Source: Marsupella aquatica (lineage: Eukaryota; Plantae; Marchantiophyta). Taken from it: a stretch of DNA of 64,000 bases. Made by a program: the position numbers and the translations under genes. The notes beneath the pieces are model-generated. The model saw only the letters and a list, made by a program, of their open reading frames with translations, had not been told where the DNA came from and did no database searches. The stretch lies in NCBI GenBank assembly GCA_973895155.1, contig OZ316891.1, forward strand, positions 10,417,875 to 10,481,874, in the 5' to 3' direction. This document shows, in pieces, positions 23,485 through 36,918 of the stretch (its first letter is position 1; each line of letters begins with the position of its first letter).

Positions 23485-26400
23485 ATGGATATGATGAAGA
23501 TGTTTACTGAGGTAGATAAGCTGGAAGGAGCCAGCAATCATTTAGCATGGACCATCTTTGTGAAGAATCTCCTGAAGCGTGACGATCTGTTCACGGAACT
23601 GAACTTTGGAGTCAAGCCGGATGCCAATGGTCAAGTTCAGGATGGTGGGGCACACCTGACTGAAAGTGAGATCGCAAAGAAGAAAGTGAGGGCCACCTCT
23701 ATTCTTGCAGCTACAGTGAAAGCTCAGTTCTTGCCCACTGTAGATAAGTACTCTGATGACCCAGCTCAATGCTGGGCACATTTCCAACAACGATTCGGTG
23801 GCGACCTATATCAACGCAGACTGATACTGGAAGAGAAGCTACAAACTGTTCGCATGACCGACGGCACCCCTGTTGAGAAATACATCAACACAATCAACAA
23901 CCTCGCTGGCCAACTGGCCAGCATGGATGCTGCCATCGATGACAACAAGCTCATTCACCTTGTGCTCCGTGGACTACCTGCGAGTTGGGGAACCTTTGTC
24001 TCCATCTTCTCTGCTGACCTTGCCCGTACACCACGACCTTCGTACAACAGCCTGCTGGAGCGTATGCAGGCCGAAGAGCTCTGGAAGCTCAATATTCAGT
24101 CACGTTTTGAGCCTACCGAGGAGGCCCTAATTGTGTCTTGGTTCAATCGATCCTCAGGGCGTGGAAGAGGCCGTTTCACCCCCAGACCTGTTGTCAGCTA
24201 TCCTCCTCGGGTCAACTCTTATCCGCGTGCAACCGGTGGACGCGGCATGCGACGCCCTACCTCCTGTAACTATTGTGGCAAGTCTGGACACTGGGAATCC
24301 GACTGTGACCTCAAAAAGGTCGACGAACAAATCTCGCAACTTCAAGTTTGAGCTGCCAATCTCCGACGTTTTCGTCCTCAGGCCAATCTAGCTGAAATAT
24401 TTCATGAAGTCGAAGCTCCGTATGATGAAGAAGAAGAAGCTGACCCGGCCGATGAGAACGACGACTCCGGTGCAGATTTGGAGGCCAATTTCATTGAGAT
24501 CCTCCCTAGCACTAGCACAAACGATTGGATTTTAGATTCAGGCACTAGTACTCACGTCTCTGGAGACAAATATGTTTTCTCTGGTGGCATGCATCACTCC
24601 AGTGGTGCCGGCTCCGTTGCCACCGCCAGTGGCACTAAACTCCCTGTTGTTGGAAGCGGTTCAGTCCATATTGCTCCCAATAAAACCGTCCGCAATGTTT
24701 TGTACGTCCCGGGTATGACACAAAATCTCATGTCCATTGGCAATCTCACTGACGCTGGCCACAATGTCTTCTTCAATTCTCACTCTTGTCTCGTCTTTGA
24801 CAAGGATAACCCTCAGAAGATCTTCCTACGGGGCACCCGAGATCCCAGGAATCACCTGTATCAGCTTCCATGATCTCTTCCCTCGATTTCTCCTCTCTGC
24901 ACCACCGCTCGTCTTCGACCACACTCTCTCGCTCAGCCGGCACCAATGCTTCTTGCTGAATCGTCTCCCATGGAGGACGACATTGACCTCTGGCACATTG
25001 ACCTCTGGCTCCATCACATGTCACATCATAACTTGGCTCATGGCCTACCTTCCATCCCACGAGTTCAACGCTCTTGTGAGACCTGTATTGTGGCCAAACA
25101 CCACCGCGATCGAGTTCCAAAATCATCTGCGACCCGTGCCTCCCGACCACTGGAGCTGATTCATTCTGACCTCTGTGGTCCCCTTCCTGCCTCCACTTCA
25201 CACCGATATATCCTCACTTTCATTGACGATTTTTCACGTTTCACTTGGGTATACTTTCTCTCTCACAAAAGTGAAACCTTCTCTAAGTTTCAGGAATTCA
25301 AGTTACTCGTTGAAAAGCAGTTGTCCATGAAAATCTCTTGCTTACGTTCTGACCGGGGTGGCGAGTACCTTTCCTCTGAATTCCTCACTTTTTGCCGACA
25401 ACACGGGATCCATCGTCAACTCACCGTTGCTCGCACTCCTCATCAAAATGGTGTGGCTGAGCGCAAAAACCGTACTCTCTTGGAAGGTGCCCGTAGTCTT
25501 CTTCTCAGCTCCAACGTGCCAATCAATCTTTGGACAGAAGCAGTTGCCACAGCCAACTACACCCAGAATCGATGTGGCACTCGGGCTCTCAAATTGATGA
25601 CCCCCTTCGAAGCTCTTTGGGGTCAGAAACCACACTTGGATCACCTTCGGATCTTTGGCAGTCTTACCTACGTTCTTCTTCCTCCGCATCTGCGCTCCAA
25701 GCTGGGCGCTAAAGCAATACGCACTGTTTTACTCAGCTACGACGCACAGTCCAAAGCATATCGGTGCTTTGACCCCATTCGTAAACGTATCCTTATTGCC
25801 TCCAACGTCAACATCATTGAAGGTTCCTTTTACGACTTCTCTTCAAATCAAGAAGCTGTCACCAGTCTCTTCTTTCCGTTGCTTACTGATCCTGAGTTTG
25901 GTCCATCGGCCCAAGAGGGGGCAACTGCAGTCGACAACCCTTCAACTGCTGACGGCAATATTGAATATGTGACACCCCCTGACGAGGACACTGAGACTTC
26001 GGCCTGCCCTACGGCTAACTCTTCTCAAACTAGATCTCCACAGATTCCGGCTCCAATTCATGCTGCTCGACACTCCCAACGTGTGAAGCGTCCCCCACCT
26101 TGGCATCAAGACTATGACATGAGTTGGAGGCCTGACCACATGGACACCTTTCTCATTGAATCAGCCAAACCTGAATCAGACGAAATCTCTGAGATTGAAG
26201 CTCTCCGCCACCTCCTGTGGCGTGAAGCCATGCAAGAAGAGTTTGAGGCTCTCATGGCCATGGGTACCTGGGAGCTTGTTCCTCTTCCTGTCGGCAAACG
26301 AGCCCTGTCTGCTAAATGGATCTTCTGGTCTAAACCGGATCTGAATCCTACCCGATTCCGCTTGAAGGCACGCCTGGTGGCTCGGGGTCTTGAGCAAAAA

Positions 26401-27798
26401 TACGGCATTGACTATTATGAGACATTTGCCCCTGTGGTCAAATGGTCCACTCTTCGCACTATCATTGCTCTGGCCGTGGCTCTTGGATGGGAACTGCATC
26501 ACATGGATGTTATAACAGCTTTTCTCAACGGCACCATCTCTGAAGAATTGTACATGCAACAACCTCGTGGCTTTGAAGTCCCTGGACTTGAACACTTGGT
26601 TTGCCGTCTGAAGCGGTCCCTATACGGGCTCAAGCAATCTCCACGGGCCTGGTATGAAGAGATCGACGCTTACCTTCAGCGCAATGGCTGGACCCGGAGC
26701 ATGGCGGACAACAATCTCTACTTTCTCTGCGAAGGTACCTCTATTGTCATTATCATGATTTATGTTGATGATCTCCTAGTGACAGGAAACGACTCTCACA
26801 AAATTGCCGCCGTCAAAGACCAACTCCACCAACAATACAAAATGAAAGATCTCGGACCAGTGCAGAAGTACTTAGGCATCGAATTTCTTCGCACTGATGA
26901 CGGACTTCTTCTTCATCAACATTCCTATTGCCAGAAGCTGGTCTGCGAATTTGGTTTAGCCAATTCTAAACCTGAGTTCATTCCCCTACCAGAAGGGCAT
27001 GTTCTCACTTCTGAGACCAACACACCTCCTGTGGACATCACCGACTACTGCCATGCTGTTGGGAAACTCATTTTCCTCACTCACACCCGTCCCGACATTG
27101 CCTATGCTGTTGGCATCGTTAGTCGCTACATGACCAGGCCTCAACAACGACATTGGGACTCTGTCAAACACATTCTACGCTACCTCAGCCATACCACCGA
27201 TCATGGCATTTACTACTCACGCTCACCTGGAATTTCTCTTGCTGGCTACACCGACGCTGATTTTCTAGGCTGCCCTGAGACTCGCCACTCTATCGGCGCT
27301 TACTGCTTTCAGCTTGCTTCCGGACCCATTTCTTGGTCCAGCAAACAGCAACCCACCGTGTCCGATAGCACCACTGAAGCAGAATATAAAGCTCTTTCTG
27401 AAGGCGCAAAGGAAGGGGTCTACATCCGCCGCTTACTTAACGAGCTTCACATTACCTCCCCTCTTCAGGTGCCTCTTACCTTTTCTGGTGCTTCTATTCA
27501 CTCGGACCTCTCACTGGCCTCTTCCCCTTCCTCTCTCGATCTCCATTTGCACTGCGATAATCAAGGCTCCATTAAGCTTGCTAAAAATCCGGTCTTTCAT
27601 GCTCGCACCAAGCACATCGAGGGCAAGCACCACTTTATTCGTGAGCGGGTGCTAGAGGGGGAAATATCCCTCGCATATGTTCATTCTTCTGAAAACCCGG
27701 CTGATTTATTCACAAAACCTCTCGGGCGACTCAAGTTTGAAAAACACAAATCCTTTATTGGAGTCAACTCGGTTACACAAATATCTGCCGCCACATAA
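23485..27798 (+). pseudogene. Copia gag-pol polyprotein with two in-frame TGA stops
   Basis: Gag with CNYCGKSGHWESDC knuckle; protease WILDSG; integrase IHSDLCGP..LRSDRGGEY..NGVAERKNR; RT YVDDLL; RNase H YTDAD..DNQG. ORFs 23485, 24478 and 24946 share one frame, separated by stops at 24349 and 24871. Confidence 0.95.
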
Positions 27799-27824
27799 TC
27801 TCTTCTCCATCTCTATCTCGTCTC

Positions 27825-28433
27825 CTACCTCACCACATACAATTGTTCTACCTCTACCTCTCCTGTCCTTGGATGATACACAGACATAAATTGCTCCGCC
27901 TCTGCCAAGGTCCTAAACGACTCGTGACAATTCCCTGAGTACCCTGTCACCTGCTTATCCGCCTCTGCCCACGATCTATATATCCCCGGTACCGGTCCTA
28001 TTGCTACTGCATAATACTTCTTCAACATTATTGCTCCCCTGATCTGCAATCGATGTTCACTACTCCTGCGCCATGACTGCTGCCGATTCACTTCTCCGGG
28101 AATTCGCATTTCATGCTGCGCCAATTGCGTGATGCTCTCCACTTCCCTCACCTCCGCCGTCGCTTGACCTGGTGTGACATATGTCGACACTCCCGGCTGG
28201 ATTCTTGCTTCAGAGGGGGCACTTTCACTGTGGTTCTTCACTGTCTTCACTCTTTGCGGCTCCGGGGAGCTCCGGTTGTCCTTATTCTCTGGTTTCTCCT
28301 CTTGTCGCAACCACTGTGCCACACCGATGCAAATACTATGACACACTTGGAAACATAATCCCAACATTTCCACTACTACAGCTAGTCCCCTGACCATCGT
28401 GTGCTTCAGCTCTCGTCGTCGTCCCGGCTCCAT
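27825..28433 (-). CDS. Antisense accessory ORF of the Copia element: hydrophobic N-terminus plus RNase H1 N-terminal hybrid-binding (caulimovirus viroplasmin/Cauli_VI-like) domain
   Basis: Intact 202-aa ATG-started ORF ending in KKYYAVAIGPVPGIYRSWAEADKQVTGYSGNCHESFRTLAEAEQFM, which matches the YYAV..G..PGIY.SW..C...V.GY.GA.YKSF.T..EAE.F consensus. Confidence 0.85.
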   Translation of the reverse strand: MEPGRRRELKHTMVRGLAVVVEMLGLCFQVCHSICIGVAQWLRQEEKPENKDNRSSPEPQRVKTVKNHSESAPSEARIQPGVSTYVTPGQATAEVREVESITQLAQHEMRIPGEVNRQQSWRRSSEHRLQIRGAIMLKKYYAVAIGPVPGIYRSWAEADKQVTGYSGNCHESFRTLAEAEQFMSVYHPRTGEVEVEQLYVVR

Positions 28434-28494
28434 CGCTTCTGCGTGCGCTTCTGCTGTTCTGGTTCATCTTCCCTCTCTCTTCCTCGAGAGGGGG

Positions 28495-28737
28495 TGTTGG
28501 AACTTGTGTACTCTCACAGGTTCCACTTGGTTACGAGTCAGAGAGTTGTTACCTCACCTGGTGCTGTGTTCCGTTGTCCCTCTGACGACATGTGCTGTGC
28601 TAACGGCTGTCTCCTGGTTGTTAGACCTCGGGCCTGCTTCCGGTGCTGGCTTGCCTTCGCCTCCTTCTTCTGGCCCTATTTAGTTCTTTACTGCTTCCTC
28701 ATTTGCAGAGCAGATCACACTAATCTAGCTTTCAACA
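28495..28737 (+). repeat. 3' LTR, preceded by a polypurine tract (28486-28494)
   Basis: Direct repeat of 23118-23360, followed by TSD CAGGT. Confidence 0.97.
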
Positions 28738-29263
28738 CAGGTTTGATCCGTTCCTCCTAACCCCATACTTACAATCATACTTTTTGTGGAGGATTTAGTA
28801 CAGCTTGCTTACAAGTTACACCTTCTGCGCTCTGATTGCATCCTTCCATTCTTTCCAGTTCCAAGTGTTTCTCAGTTATCCCTTGTTGTGGAACTGTTTC
28901 CTTGTGTGTAGCAATTGGCTGCCCGAAAAATGCCGTTGAAGCCAAGAAGCAGATGTGTCATCATGTATGCATCTAATGAATTCCCCTGAGCTGCGACTCT
29001 GTGGACTGACAGCTCCTTTGTCTTCACCTCCGTCTACTCCATCGCGCAGTCATTTGAGTTGTGTGCCATTTTCCAATGCCCAAGTTGCAGCTGTCGATCA
29101 AGTCATCATCAACCCACGTTGTTGCACCTCCTGTATCAACTCTGCCAATGCTTCGCCTGATGATCTGACTACCCGTTGTTGTGCTGTACACTGAATTAAG
29201 CTAGGAGTACCTTCTCATCGGATCTGCGAGCACCCTAACATCATCCCCGTATCATCTCGCGGG

Positions 29264-30800
29264 CATGGCAGCAACTGAAGATTTAATTCCCGCGAAGGTT
29301 AAATCCCAATGGTACCAGGCACTTTTCGAGGAAGATCGCATTGCTGCCATGAAACTGTTGGATGTTTATCCGAGTCTTTTGTAGCTCGGATGGGGCGGCA
29401 AACCTTCACAACAAGTTGCAGGCGGAAGCGAAGAGAGGCGACTGGATGGAGTCAAAGCTCATGGAAGCGGCGCACTGCGCTTCACGTGGGCGCAAGTAGG
29501 GATGCGTGAAGCTGATCATGCCAGTGCTAAGACTTTGTAATCTGCATTGCTTCTCCATCGTTAATGAAGCATACAAGAGGTGGAGTTTCCTTGATCAAAC
29601 GCCAACAGGTGAACAGGAGGTAGCTGCGAGCGAAGGTTCAAGCAGCAGTGACTTTCCGCACGACAATGCTATCCAAGAAAATGACCACAGAGAGGCGAGG
29701 ATCGCGCACAAGCAGCAGAGACAAGTGGCTCAACGTCCAGAGGTCCACTTGGAGGAAACTCCAGAAGACTCTGACCAATGTCTTCCGTTTGGCAAATGGC
29801 ATCACCAAGGTGACGGCTCAGCAGTTGTTTGCTCGTGTGGGAGGGCAACATGTGAGGAACAAGTATGGCAATCCAAACACAATCTCTCGTAATGATGTCT
29901 CTACAATGGATCGCAGACATCTGTTACTTGCCAAGGATGGGGAAAGTGGGTTGGATGCACTAGCAATTGCAGTTCTCCAAGGCAAGGAGGAAATTATTGA
30001 TCTCCTCCGATACTAAGCAGGAGAACTTGAAGACCACACTCATTATGATAAAATATCTATAGACGCACCGAGTGCGAGCTCAATGTTTGATGCGATAGGA
30101 AACCTGGAGGAAAGGAAGCTGCTAAGACAAGTAACGGTGGAGGCAGTGATGGCTTTCATAGATCAAGAGGATGTCAATCGGTCAGTGGATTCAGAAGATG
30201 CAGTATTTCGGCCGACAACATCTACCATGCACAGAAGGGCATTGGATGAGTACCTGGAACTCCGCAATGCATCCACCACATTTTGCTAGATAAAGTGGGA
30301 GGCCATTCAGTCTTCATGGACTATTTCAAACACAGGGATTTCAGCTTCCTCCCTCCGGAGGAATACCTATTCCACTTCTTGTGCTCTAAGAAATCTGGGT
30401 CCATGGTCTTTGAAAGTGGGATGATAGACACCTTGTGGGCGGCGGTCAGGTCGCGGCAAGGAGACCAAGATCTTGGGCGTTTCCTGTTGACACTCACAGA
30501 TGGACAGGGAAGAGCACCTTTCCATATTGCTATGGAGTACTCCAACGAAACCAATATCATCAGGTTATTGACAGGGAAGACCACGGACACGGAGGCTATT
30601 ATTGTTGCATTGACCGCCAAGACGGAGCTGGACGGAGTCCTCTCCAGAGGGCTGCTATATTGGGTCATTATGATTCACTCTCTAGAATTCTTGACTTTGC
30701 TGCTGATTATCATGAGGTTGCAAGCACATGCCAGATCCTCATAAGTTTCGTATAATAGAAGACTGGGGATCGTCTTGGCAACTGAACTTCCCGCTACAAT
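29264..30800 (+). pseudogene. Ankyrin-repeat protein pseudogene
   Basis: Fragments across frames: RTALHVGA, KDGESGLDALAIAVLQGKEEIIDLL, TDGQGRAPFHIAMEY..IIRLL, QDGAGRSPLQRAAILGH. Confidence 0.65.
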
Positions 30801-32852
30801 TCCCACTCCCTGAGACTGGAATCTTGTTAGGATCACTGGGCGAGAAGATCAGGCTTAATCTGTTTGGATTGAAGTCGGAAGGTTTTGCAGGCATTCCCTG
30901 GTTTAACATTTCAAAGAAAGACAGGCTGATAGTACGTATTCATTGTCTGGTTTTGGCTATGTCCACTATCCGTAGCTTGGCCGAGGAGGATCTTGCGAAA
31001 TTGGTCGCGTTGATTGAGCATTCATGCATAATCACTGAAACAAAATGTAAATGATATGATTAACATGACTTGAACATTTTGAATGTTTTGCTCTGGCAGT
31101 TATTCCACCTACACGCCCAGTCACAGCAGGTAGTGGGTGATTTGTTAACAAGTTGGTTCTGAAAATAATCACTTGGTTTGGAATGTTCACAGCTTAAATT
31201 TAGGGTACAGGAAGTCTGGCACATAGGTAAAGTAACTCGAAAGAATAGACAAGAGAAACACAACTATACATTAAGTGAATTATGACACGATTGCAAGATC
31301 CCAAGATACACAGTGAAATGACGGTCAAGGCCTCTTAACCTACCTTTGCATAGTTTCTACTATGAGAATGGACGGACATCAAGGCATAGCGATGCAGAAC
31401 ATTGATTGTGGTGAAAACTTCCGAGTTTCAGCAAGAAGGAAAGGCTATTTGAACTAGTCATTTGGAATACACGCTGAAGATGTCTACTTCGTCCCTGACA
31501 GGCTCAGTATGTAGATTTTCAGAGCCTGGAGTTTCTTTCAGAAATCTAGAAGCTTCGAGCCTTATTGGACATCTAAAACCTATAAGCGGTTTCTATCAAA
31601 GTAAACACCTCTAGACACCTCTAGAGGGTGTCAATCGTTCTCGTCAAGACTGATGTCCCTAAAGACTCCAAAGTAGGTACCACTAGGGGTTGTCAACCAT
31701 CCTTCCATCATTGAAACGAACAGAATAATAGTGATGATCGCACAGTCCCCATTTACAGGAGGAAGTTAAAAGAGCGCACAAGTTTTGTTTGGCCTGTCGT
31801 CGAGTTGGGACAAAAGAGTTGAACATAGTGAGATTTACGAAAACAGTTTCTACCTAAGTTTCTTGAAAGGTTATGTGAAAGAACAGAATGTGAAGAACTT
31901 CTAGAATGCCGTGGAGAATTAAGGATTGAGGAAGGGGAAGATATCACAAGGCCACAACTGTCCAGAGAAACCCGTGAAGGAACGGATAGGATTTTTAATC
32001 CAGCGGCGAGTGCCAGATCAGGTCTTCTCGTAACTTAATGGCCGCAAGCGTCGACTTCGATCTGAGATTGCCCGGGCCTGAGAAGGAGCCTGATGTCCAA
32101 ACTTATCCCAAATCGCTCACATTTTTGAATGAATGTGATCAATTAGCTATATATTGGGTTTTGAATCTTTAAATACGATGGTATATTCTGATTCGCATCC
32201 GGCCATGACTTGTATTGAAAGAAGTTCCGGAACGCCCAGCTTCGAAATTAAGTAAGGGCTCACATATTGTGCTACTTGAAGCACGTTTGCCAAAACTTTC
32301 AGTAGAGCCAGAGTATAAGCTGGATTATGAGTTTTAAACAGGTTGCACGGCTCTTATTCTCGAAGTGAATTCTCTTGTCGTCTTACAAGCTAGAAACGGG
32401 CTTGTAGTGTAAATTTCCATGTTGTGTCCTTGATACAGTAATGAGTGGACCGGAATTTCAGTTTCTTCGTTCCAAGTCGACTGAGCAATATTTGTTGCAG
32501 CAATCGTGGGCTAGTCAGGTGTCTCAGCTAGAAGACTATGTCAAAAATATCCCTTTTCTGTGTAGGTGTTATCGTGCAAGTCAGTCTGCAACCAACCAGC
32601 GAACTTCTCCCCCTGTCTCTGTCACGATCCGGAGAAGAAAATTGGATACTGTGAAGGCTCTTGATAAAATGAGCTGGTCCTTCCTCCTACATCTTCTAAG
32701 AAGCTGTTGGCTTTGGGCCCGAATTGTGCACAGCCATACGTGCTAGTTTGCCGCACCCGGCCCACTCGGCTATAATAATTAACGCACTTTCACTGAGACC
32801 TCAGTCAGTCAGACAGGGTTACATGCTCTCAGCACTACTCTTTGTTATTGTC

Positions 32853-35186
32853 GGTGATGCACTAAACAGATCAGAGAACCCTCCAGGATAAACTACTAGA
32901 AGGGACATGAATTCAAGAACTGAACTGACACACCTGTTCACCAAAAAATTGCATCGACAAACCATCAACTTGCAGAGTCCAAGACCTATAATGGCATCAT
33001 TCATGCCACCCTTAAAAAAAAACGAGAATTTTCGTGCGTTTTGATTGGGTGGGAATTGAGAGTCGCAACCTCTCATATCAGCCCTTGACAGTTTTGCCTT
33101 TTCTTGCCCTACCTCGCAAAGACAACTTACCCAAACCTTGAATGCACTCGCAATTTCAAGTCCAAGACGATAATTTTTTCTTCACAGCGACTACCAATTA
33201 ATATGCAGTCGGTTGTCGTGTTTCACGAAAGGCTTTCTAGCTCAAGCCCAGTTCTCTTCCCCCAATTTGGACCAGCATGAATTCCTCCTTGGATTAAAGT
33301 AGTAGCAAATATTTTATCCCATGGTGGCCAGTGCGGCTCTTAATTGCTCGCTTCACACAATACGGATCTGGGACTGGGCTTCAAGGCATTCAGGGGTATC
33401 GTCCAGACTTCTCTACCTTACTTGTCGAGGCCAGTTCTAGTGGACAAGGTGGCAATCTGAGAGCAGCATCAGTCAGAGATTGGCTTCATCATTATGTGTC
33501 TTCTGGGATGTAAAGGAGTCGAAGTAGAGGAACCTAAGTTGCCCAGCTCTTTGGACACAATCAGACGCGATGAATATTGCTATGTTTGCTTCAAAAGGTT
33601 CGCTACTTGCCTAGGCGATGACGTAGTGGCAGTTCAGGCTGACCACCCAGTCCCCCTAAAAGGGCTTTACTATTTTGAGGTCACTATGGATTACCTCGCA
33701 GGACTGAGTGCAACATGTTTAGGAAGTGCCGCCATAGGATTCTCTGATGAGAAGTTCACTTTCCACAACGCAGTAGGATGGGTGCCCAATAGTTTTGGGT
33801 ACCATGCGGATGGGAAGCTCTACCGTGGTTCAAAAACGGGCGAACCATTTGGCCCCACTTTCACACAATTTGACACTGTGGGTGCAGGTACGAACGATGC
33901 AAACAGTAGCCCACTCATGTCTTATAATTCCTTTGCATCCATAAAGAAGAGTGTGAGCGATGCAGTTGCTTATTAGGATTTAGTACGGAGTATTGATATG
34001 CCTACCAACATCGATCCAGCCATGCTAGTTCTCTTGCAAATTGTTAAGCATTCGTGAAACTATGGTCTAATTCAATGCCTGGGTCAGATTTGATTAGCCT
34101 TGAATTGTGAAATTCTGAAGTCCTAAGATATTCCCATCGTTTTGTGGGAAATTGAACCTAAATAATGAACCAAGATTACTTATAAATTCCAGTGGGCATC
34201 AATAGCAAAAAGAATGAGGCGTGGAAAGCCGTTCCACTTGGAACATTTGGCTCAACTTTCTCACCTGGAGATATTGAGGGTGCAGGTTTGAATTATGAAA
34301 CCAAGAAGATGTTTTTCACAAAGAGAGGCCGGATGGTGGGCAGATCAGAAATTGACCCCCATACTCAGGGGCGACTGTATCCCACCATCAGCCTGACGGG
34401 CCCCAACTCAAACGTGAGCGTCAATTTTGGGCAGGACCCCAGGAGGCCTTTCAAGTTTGATACTGTAGATTGTTGATATGTTCAGATGATGGTGTTCATC
34501 GATCCGAGCCACCAAACATGAACTTTAATAATGCCCTTGAATTTTCTCTGTGTAGTTCAGTGCATTCATGGGGAATGATAGCACACTCAAGATTTGGAGC
34601 TGCACCTTTTGGCAATAAGGGTTGGTTCCAAATACTTACAATTTTGTGCCATGTTTTCAAGTAGGATTGACAATAGTGTGTGGATTGTGAACATGTGGAT
34701 TGCAAACTTGACTATATTTGAAACCTTAAATGTCTTCCTGTTTGCTTGCAAAAGTTACCGATACACTGATTGATATGGAGTCTCGGGGGGGTCACTATAT
34801 GAAGGGTCATACATCACGTGCGACGGTTTGGGTCATTTATGACCCCCTAAGTCACTTTCTAGAAAGTTGTACGACACCAATCATGTGATGACACGTATGC
34901 ATTTTGCAATTAAACAACCCTATATTTCCATAGAAAACTTAATAAGTCTTCCGCCAAAACCATTTGAATGGCCCTATACTTCGCACATGATATGCCACTT
35001 CCATGGAAGTGACCCCCCCGAGTATGGAGTACATCTTAAGGGGTGTTATGGAGTCTACCCTAGACTCAACAAGAGTGCTGCTGACCATGCAGTAAATTGA
35101 TTGCCATAATATGCAATTGCTTATTCATTCAAGCAACAAATTGAACCTAAGTAAATATTCTCTAGTTTACAGATGATCAAATATTT
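32853..35186 (+). pseudogene. Copy B of the MFL1-carrier/SPRY chimeric segment (SPRY ORFs 33494-33976 and 34192-34476)
   Basis: LYYFEVTM...GWVPNSFGYHADG and FSPGDIEGAGLNYETKKMFFTKRG..LYPTISL..VNFGQ..FKFD. Inverted relative to copies A and C. Confidence 0.8.
34782..35022. mobile_element. MITE (241 bp) with 8-bp TSD
   Basis: 15-bp TIR CTCGGGGGGGTCACT. TSD TATGGAGT (34774-34781 and 35023-35030). The paralogous empty site is present in copy C (about 44840-44850). Confidence 0.95.
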
Positions 35187-35289
35187 CCGTTTTTTCCTCT
35201 GAACCCAATTTAAGGAAAATTGAACTTTGACAATAACATGTCACGCGAATGGTCGCGTCACATATTACAGACAAACAACACATCCTCTA

Positions 35290-35982
35290 CACTCTGGCAA
35301 TTGATAAGTGACGTCTGTTGAAGTGCTTGATAAGAACTTGATCCGCATGTCTCTGCACGTACAGATGCTCCCATATATCCTCGTTTAGAGCCCAATCTCG
35401 ATGTAGATTTCTAATCGACCAGATGGGATAATCGAACGCAAGACAAAGCCCTAAATCCGATAGCTTTCATAAATATGGAATGAGGTTATCCCTCAAAAAG
35501 ACATCATCCAACGATCCTTGAAATGACTTTGCGAACAATAATCCGCATACAGCTGTCTGGCATGTATGGGATGGATAGGCATCAATCTGGATTATATTCT
35601 TTGGTCGATAATCTTGAAACATATCACGCAGTCTGTCCATAGATTTGAAGACAACAGTCTCATAAGATTTCTTCACATAACCAAGATGCCAGCAATGATC
35701 CTACGTGAAAACATATCTCAGCTGCGACAGGTCGGTGGTCGACGACACTTTTGAAAGTATCCGATAAACTAGCTTATCCTCGAGAATAGACCAGACCATC
35801 ACATCAAAATAATCATAACAGAATTTTATAAAATCATGAAGATGCAGCCTCAGAACAACACATAGAGATCCGATACAAATTTCCGTAGTCGACTTGAGCT
35901 GAGGAGTATATTTTGTAACAGAGCATAGAAAGTTTTCCACTCCTAAAACTAGAAGTTGACGTGACTTGCTCCACTTAGACAC
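35290..35982 (-). pseudogene. Degenerate FCP1/NIF-like HAD phosphatase domain
   Basis: RQLLVLGVENFLC...VVLRLHLHDFIKFCYDYFDVMVWS, then YRPKNIIQIDAYP...FQGSLDDVFLRDNLIPYL. The DxDxT motif is lost and there are internal stops. Confidence 0.6.
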
Positions 35983-36113
35983 CTGTAAATGAACAATTTG
36001 ATTCTCATATTATGCAATCGCAAACAACCACGCGACCGGACACGTCACTCCCAAAATACAAAGTTCAAGTTCAATCAATTTATAAATAATAATTATAAAT
36101 AAACAATAAACAT

Positions 36114-36660
36114 TTACTTATCGGACTTATCGCGTGCTTCCATAGTATAGTCTTTTTTGGCAGATAAGTATTCCATATATTTGTCAAACTTTTGTAAATG
36201 GTCTGGATTCCCCTGATTACAAATGATCATATTTCTCCTCCAAAGATTTGCCTTATCAATATAATTTTTCTCAAGATTCTTGCGAGAGAACTTTGGAATA
36301 CCATATCCACTAAGGAGCTGACGGAATGTCAACTTGTCAATTGACATGTCACATAGATATGGATATAGTTTCTTTCTAAAAAATATGTCATCATTGAGCC
36401 CAAAATATGGATCGGGATACAACGATGAGTAGAAGTTATTAAGGCTCGTCTTATATGCTACATCATCGATAATAATGTTGACATTCTTGATGTTGTAATC
36501 CTTAATATCGGCAACAATGTCGGAGAGATATTTGACAAATAAGGGGATGTCATTATTATTCTTACCAATAGGTTGAGTTGATTCTTGTCCCCAGATAAAT
36601 TTAATACGTTTCAACACTATGGGTTGAAGTATCAGCCTTACAGGGTATAGCGACGGAGAT
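36114..36660 (-). pseudogene. Second FCP1/NIF-like HAD phosphatase fragment (C-terminal half)
   Basis: FIWGQEST...PLFVKYLSDI...YNIKNVNIIIDDVAYKTSLNN..SLYPDPYFG..DDIFFRKKLYPYL. Confidence 0.65.
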
Positions 36661-36918
36661 AGGAAACAGGTACACGGGAATTTTATTTCCTGTTTTGAAT
36701 ATGCTGTTACCAGCAAAAATTTACTGTTACCAGGAAAAATGACAATTTAAAAATATCTACTAAAACATGTCATTTTCAAAAAAATGAACAATGCAACATT
36801 TTTGGCTAGCTTTGGGCGCTACTATTCCACCCATTTTCTTGTTACCAGTTTTTTTCCTGTTACCAGTTTCTGTTATAAACTCCTGTTTCCTGTTTCGCTG
36901 TCTTTTGTAAACACCTCA

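Larger units (their letters stand above)
23118..28737 (+). mobile_element. Full-length Ty1/Copia LTR retrotransposon
   Basis: 243-bp LTRs with TG...CA ends, 5-bp TSD CAGGT on both sides, PBS, PPT, and gag-PR-IN-RT-RH order. Confidence 0.98.

Noticed and set aside
24349-24351. Programmed stop-codon readthrough between gag and pol
   Set aside because: A second in-frame TGA occurs at 24871 and there is no recognisable readthrough context, so these are more likely mutations.
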